Positions 46,174 to 54,204 of a stretch of DNA of 64,000 nt are shown here, in pieces. The position numbers and the translations under genes were made by a program. Within the stretch, counting starts at the first letter, position 1. Each line of letters begins with the position of its first letter. The notes under the pieces are model-generated. The model saw only the letters and a list, made by a program, of their open reading frames with translations. It was not told the origin of the DNA and ran no database searches. The stretch covers positions 1,097,080 to 1,161,079 of the forward strand of contig CAVVHO010000005.1 in assembly GCA_963748035.1 (NCBI GenBank). Direction: 5' to 3'. The stretch is from an uncultured Gemmatimonadales bacterium (lineage in GTDB: Bacteria; Gemmatimonadota; Gemmatimonadetes; Gemmatimonadales; GWC2-71-9).

Positions 46174-48861
46174 TCAGGCCGCTCCTGCAAAAATGTGCGC
46201 CAAGTCCCGGGCGGATCGCGCGTGGGCCCGGGCGGCTTGGGCGTACGGCCCGGACGGTTCCACCATGACGACCCGCTCCCAAGCCTGGACTGCCTCGCCA
46301 TAGCGGCGAAGCCGCGCCAGCGCGATGCCGCGATGGAACAACCCCGCATCGTGGTCCGGGTCGAACTTGAGCACCAGGTCGATCGCTTCGAGGGCGCGGT
46401 CGGCGCGGGCGTCGTCCAGAAGCGCTCGGGCGAGCAGCAGCAGCGCGTCGAGATCCCACGGCTCGAGCAACAGCAGGTCCACGACATATTCGACCGCCGC
46501 CGCGGGGGAGTCGGTGCGGCGGATCAGGTCGCCCAGCGCCAGGGCGGCATCGAGGTAGGTGGGAAGGAGGTCGAGCGCGCGTTGGTAGGCAACCCGGGCT
46601 CCGACCCAGTTCTCTCGGTACTCCTCGAGCCGACCCAGATCACGCCAGACCTGCGGCACCGCCGGGTCCAACTGCAATGCGGCGTGACACGCCTCGACCG
46701 CGCCTTCCAGGTCGCCGAGTTGCTGGGAGATCCCTGCCTCCAGCTGCAGCAGGTCGGCACGCCCCGGTTCGATGGCCCGCGCCTGACGCAGCGCGAGGCG
46801 AGCCTTGTCCGGGAGTCCCGCGGCGAGCCGTACGCGGGCCGCCGCAAGCAGCGCCTCCACATCGCCCGGAGTCAGCAGGAGCAGTTGTTCAGCCTGGTCC
46901 ACCGCATCCATGCCGCGACCAAGCGCGAGCAGCGCACGAACCTCCCCCAGGATGGCACGCGGCTGCTGCGGTAGCAGCGAGAGCGCAGTCCGGAAGCGGT
47001 CCAGTGCTTCCCCGTGCAGCCCGCGCCGGGCGAAGACCTCCCCCAGCAAAGTGGTTGCCCGGCCGGGCTCGGTCCCCAGAGCAAGCGCGCGCTCGATCTG
47101 TACCGTGGCGTGCTCCAGGAAGCCCTTCTGGATATAGTCGGTTGCCAGCGCCAGCGGGTCTTCCGCCGACTGAATCGCGCCCCGGTCCTCTGGCTGCAGC
47201 TCGTCGAAGATCCGGTCCAGCAGACGTTCGTCGAAATGGAAGTCTTCACCCACAGCGTCCGCGGTGATATCGGCGGAGATCTCGGGTGCGACGGTGATCT
47301 CGGGGTGCTCGTATTGCAGGTCGATCGTGAGCGCAAACTTCTGGGGAACGTAGAACGGTTCCAGCTCAAGAGCGCGCTTGGTGGCGCGAAGCGCACCGTC
47401 GAAATCGCCGAGGTGACTCAGCGTGAAGCTGAGGTTGTAGTGGGCGGAGGCGTTCGCCGGATCGGCCTCGACGGCACGGGAGAACGCGTGCTTCGCATCC
47501 TCGAAACGCTTGAGCTCCACCAGGACCAGGCCGACCCCATTCCAGGCCACAGCGTTCTGGGGGTGCTCGGCCAACACCTGGCGATACGCCTCCAGCGAAA
47601 GCTGTAACCGGCGCCGTTGGAACAAGGCGAGCGCCAGGTTGAGCCGGGCCGCGGTGAGGGTGGGGTTCAGCCGAAGCGCTTCCTGGAAGGAGTCCAAGGC
47701 CTGATCGCCGTCCGGCAACTGGCTCTGCAACACACCGAGGTTATTCCACCCGAGGGCGTACGCCGGGTCAGCGGCGAGGGCCTGCTCGCAGGCGCTCACG
47801 GCTTCATCCCGGCGGCCGGACTGCTGCAGACAGACACCGCGCTCATTCCACAGCTTGGGCGAGCCTGGCTCCTCGGCGAGAAGCGCATCGTAGAGTTCGA
47901 GCGCCGCGGCCAGATCGCGACGGAGCAGATGAACCTCCGCCATGGCCTGACGTACTAGTCTCGGATCTTCGCTGGCCTCGAGCGCCATGCGGTACTCCCG
48001 CAACGCCTCGACGTAGTAGCCCTTCTGTCGAAACGCGAGGCCGAGATTGTAGTGGGCGAGATTCGCGCCCTCCGCGACCGCTGGCCGCGGGGACGCGGGA
48101 CGCCCACCGGGGAGTCGTGCGAGATGGCCCAGGCCCTCGTATCGGGTCAGACTGAGATTGCTCTGTGCCCGGGCGAGTGTTGGATTGAGCTGGGTCGCAC
48201 GGGTAGACGCGGCCCGGGCCCGCTCATGCTCACCCAGATCGCCGTAGACGAAGGCGAGCAGGTAGTAGGCATCGGCATTGTCCGGGTTGCGCTGGACGGC
48301 GGATTCCAGCGCCTGCCGCGCTTGATCGGAGAGGCCGCGATTGTAGAGCGCCTCACCGTAGTGGAAGAGTGTGATCGAGCTCTGCGGATCCAGCTCCTTG
48401 GCACGCTCGAAGGCGGCGGTCGCCATCTCCAGGTTGCCGCGCCCTCGCTCGGCCAGTCCGAGCTGCAGCAGGGCTGCCACGTCGTCCGGCTTGCGGGCGA
48501 GGAGCAGCTGGAACTCGGTGACAGCTTCGTCCCACTGTCCCAGGGCAGCGCTGGTTCGCCCGAGTTCCCAGCGAGCCGCCGCATCATATGGCTCACGACG
48601 CAGGCGCTCGCGCAGCTCTGCCACCCGGCGGTCGTAGTAGCCGGTGGCGTGGTAGGCGATTTCGAGGTTTTCCTTGGCGACCTGCATGCGCGAGTCGAGT
48701 TCCAAGGCACGGAGAAACTCCTCGATCGCTTCGGGGACGAGGCCCTTCTGATAGTAGAGAACGCCGAGGTTGTTGTGCGCCCCCGCATCGGCGGAATCGA
48801 TGCGGCGGGCGAACGAGCGAAGGACCGTGAGATCGCGTTCCGAGAGGGCCGACCCGGTCAC
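46174..48861 (-). CDS. large TPR-repeat protein (about 895 aa)
   Basis: GTG 48861, 7 nt after the cheC stop. At least 20 TPR units throughout (e.g. AHNNLGVLYYQKGLVPEAIEEFLRALELD, ALLQLGLAERGRGNLEMATAAFERAKELDP, AWNGVGLVLVELKRFEDAKHAFSRAVEADP). Confidence 0.8.
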   Translation of the reverse strand: MTGSALSERDLTVLRSFARRIDSADAGAHNNLGVLYYQKGLVPEAIEEFLRALELDSRMQVAKENLEIAYHATGYYDRRVAELRERLRREPYDAAARWELGRTSAALGQWDEAVTEFQLLLARKPDDVAALLQLGLAERGRGNLEMATAAFERAKELDPQSSITLFHYGEALYNRGLSDQARQALESAVQRNPDNADAYYLLAFVYGDLGEHERARAASTRATQLNPTLARAQSNLSLTRYEGLGHLARLPGGRPASPRPAVAEGANLAHYNLGLAFRQKGYYVEALREYRMALEASEDPRLVRQAMAEVHLLRRDLAAALELYDALLAEEPGSPKLWNERGVCLQQSGRRDEAVSACEQALAADPAYALGWNNLGVLQSQLPDGDQALDSFQEALRLNPTLTAARLNLALALFQRRRLQLSLEAYRQVLAEHPQNAVAWNGVGLVLVELKRFEDAKHAFSRAVEADPANASAHYNLSFTLSHLGDFDGALRATKRALELEPFYVPQKFALTIDLQYEHPEITVAPEISADITADAVGEDFHFDERLLDRIFDELQPEDRGAIQSAEDPLALATDYIQKGFLEHATVQIERALALGTEPGRATTLLGEVFARRGLHGEALDRFRTALSLLPQQPRAILGEVRALLALGRGMDAVDQAEQLLLLTPGDVEALLAAARVRLAAGLPDKARLALRQARAIEPGRADLLQLEAGISQQLGDLEGAVEACHAALQLDPAVPQVWRDLGRLEEYRENWVGARVAYQRALDLLPTYLDAALALGDLIRRTDSPAAAVEYVVDLLLLEPWDLDALLLLARALLDDARADRALEAIDLVLKFDPDHDAGLFHRGIALARLRRYGEAVQAWERVVMVEPSGPYAQAARAHARSARDLAHIFAGAA

Positions 48862-48868
48862 GGGATCC

Positions 48869-49489
48869 TCAGATGAGCCGGATGGCGTCGAAGATTGCCC
48901 GGAGGCTCGCGAGATCGGGGAGCAGCAGGAAGTGCCCGCGCAGCTTGAGTTCCGGATCGTCGAACAGGAACCGGGTTTCCACGCAGAACACATAGTCCCG
49001 GTCGTACCCGAAGTTCATATAGATCGAGGTCAGCACCGCGCCGATCAGATCAATGGCGAGGCTTGGGACGGAGGGCACCAGCATCATCCCCATGAAATCG
49101 GAGAGCGCGTTCATGTAAGCGCTCGAAAGGATGTTGCCGACTTCCTTGAGTCCCGACTGCTCCATCTCACCGAACTCTTTGGTAGTCCCCTTCGGACGGC
49201 GCAGCAGGATGTCGCAGAGAGTGCGGGCGCAGTCCTCGGGGAACAGCACCAGCGTCCGCCCCGTGAGATCGCCCATCATGTGCATCAGCACTGCGGCGAC
49301 CACCTCGTCGGCCTTCCCGAGGATCTCCGGGACCTCCTCCAACCGGGTGATGTTCACCTCGGGGACCGAGATCATGATCCGGCGATTGGTCAGCTGCGAC
49401 AGTGCGGTCGCGGCGTGGCCGGCCCCGATGTTGGCCACCTCGCGCAGCGCGTCGCGCTGCAGCGCGTGGAGTTCCCTCACGTCGTCCAT
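48869..49489 (-). CDS. cheC: CheC-family CheY-P phosphatase
   Basis: Duplicated motif: QRDALREVANIGAGHAATALSQL and EQSGLKEVGNILSSAYMNALSDF (D/S-x3-E-x2-N). Confidence 0.88.
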   Translation of the reverse strand: MDDVRELHALQRDALREVANIGAGHAATALSQLTNRRIMISVPEVNITRLEEVPEILGKADEVVAAVLMHMMGDLTGRTLVLFPEDCARTLCDILLRRPKGTTKEFGEMEQSGLKEVGNILSSAYMNALSDFMGMMLVPSVPSLAIDLIGAVLTSIYMNFGYDRDYVFCVETRFLFDDPELKLRGHFLLLPDLASLRAIFDAIRLI

Positions 49490-49499
49490 GCGGGCCTCC

Positions 49500-51356
49500 T
49501 CAGACCAGCGCCGCGGGGTCTACAATCAATGCGGGGGCCCCGTCACCCAGGATCGTCGCCCCACTGAAGACAGGGAGCGTTCCCTTTGGAGCATCGAAGG
49601 GCTCTACCACGATCTCCTGCTGCCCCATGAGCATATCCACCACCAGGGCGGCCCGACGGTCCCCTACTTCGAGGATCACGGCCGGCTGGCGCCCCGGTGG
49701 GCGCGGCCCTTCGACTCCAAGCCGCTCACGCAGTCGCACCGTCGGCACCAGTTCCTCGCGGAGAATCAGCGCTTCATTCCCGTTGAGGGACGCCAGCCGG
49801 TCGGGCCGGAACTCGACCGTCTCTGCGATTCCCGAAAGCGGAATGGCGTACTGCTCATCGCCGACCCGCGCCAGCAGCGCCCGGATAATGGCGAGCGTCA
49901 TGGGAAGCCGCAGGGTGAAGACACTGCCTTCTCCCGCCGTCGAGGCGAGCTCGATCGAGCCTCCGAGCACCCGCAATCGGGACATGGCGGCATCCATCCC
50001 CATTCCCCGCCCGGACACATCAGTCACCCGCTTGGCCGTCGAAAAACCCGGCCGACTCAACACCCGGAGTAGCATGTCGTCCGCCAGCTCCGTCGTCCCG
50101 GCGGGGACCAGTGCATCTCGAATCGCGCGAGCCAACACCCGTTGCCGGTCTATGCCCGCGCCATCGTCACTCACCCGGATCACAACGGTGGTCCGATCGC
50201 CGGCGGCGCTCAACCGGATGACGCCTTCTTCCGGCTTCCTGGCCCGCCGCCGATCGGATGGCGGCTCGATGCCGTGATCCACGGCGTTGCGGAGGATATG
50301 CAGCAGCGGCTCACCGACTTCGTCCAGAATCGCGCGGTCGAGCTGCGTGTCCTCTCCTTCCACTTCGAACCGAACCCGCCGACCGAGTTGGCGAGCGAGA
50401 TCCCGCACCACGCGCGGAAACCGATCGAATACCTGCCAGACCGGGGTCAACCGGACCTGCATCACCTCGCCGTACAGGTCGTTCGCAATGCGGCTCATCC
50501 GCGTCGTGACCGCCTGCAATTCCGGATCGCCGCGATCGGCAAGCGTCCCCAATCGCCCCTTCGCGACCACCAGCTCACCGACCAGGTTCATGATCGCGTC
50601 GAGCCGGCGGACATCAATCCGGATCTGCCGCGCCCGGCCGCCGATCTCGCCGGCCCGCTCCGCCTGCGGTTCGCCGAATCCGACGGCCGCGACTTCGCCA
50701 ACCGCAACCAGGGCAGCCGCGACCGCGGCATCGTCCAACGGCGAGGCCAGCTGGAAACTGAACTTGCCGTCGAATCCATCCTGCTCGAGAATGCCGATCG
50801 GCGGTTGCACCGCCGTCACCCGCCCGAGCGACTCCGCCTTCCTCAGCGCCAGGACCGCGCGGGCCCCCCGCATCGCGGCGCCGGCACGGATCGTGACCTG
50901 AACCTCGCGACCCACACTGCCATCGCCGGCCTCGCTCCGCTCGGTGGGCGTCGGCACGGGCGACTGCTTGCCCCCCGAACGCGCCTCCGAGGCCTCGTCG
51001 AGCTCGTGGAGCAGCGTCGAGTAGTCGAGCCGGCTATCTCCGCCCTCATTCGCCTGAGGAGCACCACGTTCGAGGGCATCTACCACGCGGAGGAACAGGT
51101 CGATCAGCTCCCGGCCTGACGCGGGGGCTTCCCGAAGCTGGCCCAGCAGCGTCTCGCTGCGATGCGCCAGTTCCGTCAGGTTGCTGTAGCCCATCGCCGC
51201 TGCCATGCCCTTGAAGCTGTGCATGGCGCGGAACAGTACCAGGACCGGCTCCGCCGCTGCGGGGTTGCGCTCCCAGTCGAGCAACGACTGGACACAGGTC
51301 GCAAGCTGCTCCCGACTCTCGGTGGCAAAGAGGGCGGCGTACCGAGAGAGGTCCAT
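49500..51356 (-). CDS. cheA: chemotaxis histidine kinase CheA
   Basis: Hpt FRAMHSFKGMAAAMG; LLHILRNAVDHGIE (N box); VSDDGAGID; SGRGMGMD; C-terminal CheW-like domain (YAIPLSGIAETVEF..). The ATG at 51356 is 7 nt after the cheY stop. Confidence 0.95.
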   Translation of the reverse strand: MDLSRYAALFATESREQLATCVQSLLDWERNPAAAEPVLVLFRAMHSFKGMAAAMGYSNLTELAHRSETLLGQLREAPASGRELIDLFLRVVDALERGAPQANEGGDSRLDYSTLLHELDEASEARSGGKQSPVPTPTERSEAGDGSVGREVQVTIRAGAAMRGARAVLALRKAESLGRVTAVQPPIGILEQDGFDGKFSFQLASPLDDAAVAAALVAVGEVAAVGFGEPQAERAGEIGGRARQIRIDVRRLDAIMNLVGELVVAKGRLGTLADRGDPELQAVTTRMSRIANDLYGEVMQVRLTPVWQVFDRFPRVVRDLARQLGRRVRFEVEGEDTQLDRAILDEVGEPLLHILRNAVDHGIEPPSDRRRARKPEEGVIRLSAAGDRTTVVIRVSDDGAGIDRQRVLARAIRDALVPAGTTELADDMLLRVLSRPGFSTAKRVTDVSGRGMGMDAAMSRLRVLGGSIELASTAGEGSVFTLRLPMTLAIIRALLARVGDEQYAIPLSGIAETVEFRPDRLASLNGNEALILREELVPTVRLRERLGVEGPRPPGRQPAVILEVGDRRAALVVDMLMGQQEIVVEPFDAPKGTLPVFSGATILGDGAPALIVDPAALV

Positions 51357-51363
51357 CCCGGCC

Positions 51364-51726
51364 TCAGCCGAGCACGCGCTGAACCGCTTCGAGAACCCGG
51401 GAAGGCTGGAAGGGTTTGACGACAAAATCCTTGGCGCCAGCCTGTATCGCCTCCACCACCAGCGCCTGCTGACCCATCGCGCTACACATCAGAATCCGGG
51501 CTGCGGGATCGTCCTTGCAGATCTCCCGTACCGCCTCGATGCCCCCCATATCCGGCATGACAATGTCCATGGTGACCAGGTCGGGTTTGAGCTGACGGTA
51601 TTTCTCGACCGCTTCACGCCCCGTCTCCGCTTCGCCGACAACTTCGAAACCAGCCTGCGCAAGGATGTCCGAGATCATGGTGCGCATGAAGATCGCATCG
51701 TCGCAGACCAGTACCGTGTGGCTCAC
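51364..51726 (-). CDS. cheY: chemotaxis response regulator CheY
   Basis: VLVCDDAIFMR..DLVTMDIVMPDMGG..MCSAMG..FVVKPF. D-D-D-T/S-K pattern. Confidence 0.93.
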   Translation of the reverse strand: MSHTVLVCDDAIFMRTMISDILAQAGFEVVGEAETGREAVEKYRQLKPDLVTMDIVMPDMGGIEAVREICKDDPAARILMCSAMGQQALVVEAIQAGAKDFVVKPFQPSRVLEAVQRVLG

Positions 51727-51762
51727 GCAGTCCTCCGTGGTACAGTTGCGGTCAGGGTCGGG

Positions 51763-52197
51763 TCAACCCAGCACCGGTGCGAACAGCGCTTCCGTGTTCA
51801 GTACTGCGAATGCCCGACCGCCATGATGTCCCTGCGCCCGGACCAATCGCGCGTCCAGGCCCGGCGGTGCTCCCCCTTCGGTGAGGTCCTCAGACCGTAC
51901 GTCGATGAGATCCAGAACCTCATCGATGGAAAGCCCGTAGGAACGGCCTCCCTGTTCCACAACCAGAATGGACCCGGCCTCGACCCCACTATCGGTCAGT
52001 CCGACCCCGCGCCTGCCGTCTAATACCGTGAGGAGTGTACCCCGCAGGTTGATCAGACCGGCCACGATCCGATCACTGCCCGGAATCCGGGTCGGACGCT
52101 CCGCATTGGTGACTTCACGCACCACTGTGGCGGGGATGGCCCAGAGGACCGACCCCAGCCGAAACAGCACCAATCTAACAGCCCCGGAATCACCCAT
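51763..52197 (-). CDS. cheW: chemotaxis coupling protein CheW (copy 1)
   Basis: ATG 52197: MGDSGAVRLVLFRLGSVLWAIPATVVREV..IVAGLINLRGTLLTVLD..ILVVEQGGRSYGLSIDEVLDLI..AFAVLNTEALF. Overlaps the reconstructed rluD stop (ATGGGTGA). Confidence 0.9.
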   Translation of the reverse strand: MGDSGAVRLVLFRLGSVLWAIPATVVREVTNAERPTRIPGSDRIVAGLINLRGTLLTVLDGRRGVGLTDSGVEAGSILVVEQGGRSYGLSIDEVLDLIDVRSEDLTEGGAPPGLDARLVRAQGHHGGRAFAVLNTEALFAPVLG

Positions 52198-53226
52198 GTG
52201 CTTCAAAGAAACGAAGATACCGAAGCGCTTCGGCCGGAGCAACGGCGTCCTGGGGACCCACTGCGAGCTCCAGCAGAGGCTGCCAGATCGACCGGCCATT
52301 CCGCCCTGAAATCAAGCACGTCATTCGTCACCGGATGTCGGAACTGGAGCCAGGCGGCGTGCAGCGCCTGCCGAGGAGCGAGCCGTTCTAGGACCTCCGC
52401 GGGAGTGCGCTGGGGCCCGGTCATTCGGCGACTCCCGCCGCCACCATAGACAGGGTCCCCGACGATCGGGTGGCCGATGTGAGCAAGGTGCACGCGGATC
52501 TGGTGGGTACGACCGGTGTGCAGCTCGAGACGCAGCAGGTCCACCAATCCCAGTCGAGCCACCACATAGGCGTCGGTGCGCGACGGGCGGCCTGCATCGG
52601 AGACCGTCATCCGCTTGCGATCCCGTGGATGTCGGGCCAAGCGCGGCTTCGATCACCGTTGGACTCTGATCGAGATGGCCCCAGCAGAGCGCGGCGTAAC
52701 GGCGAGCGATCCGCCTCGCGGCGAGCATCGCGCCGAGTCGGCGATGCGCCTGATCGGTCTTAGCGATCACCATGAGGCCGGAGGTGTCTCGGTCCAGCCG
52801 GTGCACAATACCCGGGCGCCCCGCAGCCCCCCCGGAGAGCGTCGTGCCTCGGGCGACCAGCGCATTCACCAAGGTGTCCTGCCAGTGCCCCGGTGCGGGA
52901 TGCACCACGAGCCCTGCCGGCTTGTTGATGACCGCCAGGTGCTCGTCCTCGAAGACGATCTCGAGGTGCATTGGCGTGGGGACGAGCTGTCGGGGGGGCT
53001 CGGAATCCGGAAACGTCACGGTCACCTGCTCCCCCCGGACCAGGGTGCGGGAGGACCGCGCGACCACAGCATTCACCGAGACGCCCCCCTCGGCCACCAG
53101 CCTGGCGGCCTGAGTGCGGGACAGTTCAAGCTGATCGGCGAGGAAGCGGTCGAGCCGTTCGGTAGTAGGGGAGAGAACCGAAAAGGTCAGTACGAAGGGA
53201 GGAGTCAGGAGGTCTGGTCGCTCCAA
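52190..53226 (-). pseudogene. rluD: 23S rRNA pseudouridine synthase RluD; two +1 frameshifts (about 52634-52641 and about 52281-52287) as sequenced
   Basis: S4 domain RLDRFLADQLELSRTQAARLV; LAVINKPAGLVVHP; GIVHRLDRDTSGLMV; ..TVIEAAL | (+1) (G)RHPRDRKRMTV..LHTGRTHQIRVHLAHIGHPIVGDPVYG..AEWPVDL | (+1) QPLLELAVGPQDAVAPAEALRYLRFFEAHG*. Span 1037 nt = 3n+2. Confidence 0.85.
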
Positions 53227-53233
53227 GGACTCC

Positions 53234-53800
53234 TCATTCCTTACTTCGAACTGCGCTGGCTGGCTCGGGGGGAGTGTTTTCCGGGGGCAATGGCAGACCT
53301 AACGACGCGGCGGAACGATCCCGCCGGGCATCCTCCTGCCAGAGCGAGATGGCGAGAGCGATGGCTCCGCAGCTCACCGCCATGTCCGCCACGTTGAAAG
53401 TTGGCCAGCGCCACACACCCACGCCGAGATCCAGAAAGTCCACGACACCCAGACTGGAGCGGATGCGGTCCACCAGATTGCCGATGGCCCCGCCCGTCAC
53501 CAGGCCCAGGGCCAACTGGCGGAACCAGTCGCCAGGCTGCGCCGAACGATGATAGCGGTAGAGGAGCGCGACCGCGCCGACGGCGATAGCCATGAAGATC
53601 CAGCGCGAGAGCGGTCCCAGATCCAGACCAAACGCAGCGCCGGGGTTATAGACCAGCCGAAGCTGGAACCAGTCCCCGAACACCGACCGCCCCGCCGAAC
53701 GCAGGAGAAAGCGTTCGGCCAGGTTCTTTGTCAGGATGTCGAGGGCGAGGATCGTGAGCCCGGCGCCCCAATACAGCCGCCGTTCAGCGCCGTTTTCCAT
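53234..53800 (-). CDS. lspA: lipoprotein signal peptidase II
   Basis: ATG 53800: ..ILALDILTKNLA..LRLVYNPGAAFG..GGAIGNLVDR..VVDFLD..WPTFNVADMAV. Confidence 0.92.
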   Translation of the reverse strand: MENGAERRLYWGAGLTILALDILTKNLAERFLLRSAGRSVFGDWFQLRLVYNPGAAFGLDLGPLSRWIFMAIAVGAVALLYRYHRSAQPGDWFRQLALGLVTGGAIGNLVDRIRSSLGVVDFLDLGVGVWRWPTFNVADMAVSCGAIALAISLWQEDARRDRSAASLGLPLPPENTPPEPASAVRSKE

Positions 53801-54167
53801 TCTCTTCTTTTTCCTTGCACTCGATGCAGAGCCGGGCGTGCGGGAGCGCGTCCAAGCGCTCGAAGTTGATCTCCTTACCACAGTTGTGGCACAGGCCGAA
53901 GCGGTCCGGCGTCTTGTAGAGCCGGCGAAGTGCCTCGTTCACGTGCCACAGATAACGGCCCTCCTGCGACGCGAACAGGAACTGTTTTTCACGCTCCATG
54001 GCGTCGGTGCCCTGGTCCGCCATATGGAACGAATACGACGACAGGTCGCCGTCCGAGTTCTGCAGGGTGGCGTTGAAGGACTCGTCGTAGTAGCCCAGTT
54101 CCTTCATGACTCGGGCGCGCTCTTCCATGAGCCGTTTTTCGAAATGCGTCAGCTGCTTCTTATTCAT
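53784..54167 (-). CDS. DksA/TraR-family C4 zinc-finger protein (YlyA-like position)
   Basis: MNKKQLTHFEKRLMEERARV..CHNCGKEINFERLDALPHARLCIECK (CxxC..CxxC). Confidence 0.85.
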   Translation of the reverse strand: MNKKQLTHFEKRLMEERARVMKELGYYDESFNATLQNSDGDLSSYSFHMADQGTDAMEREKQFLFASQEGRYLWHVNEALRRLYKTPDRFGLCHNCGKEINFERLDALPHARLCIECKEKEENGKRR

Positions 54168-54204
54168 GCCTTCGTTCCCTGCCCGCACTCAAACCAGCGG
54201 GCGT

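Noticed and set aside
44914-46974. 686-aa plus-strand ORF
   Set aside because: Antisense to the PATAN-TPR and large TPR genes. No motifs; composition artefact.
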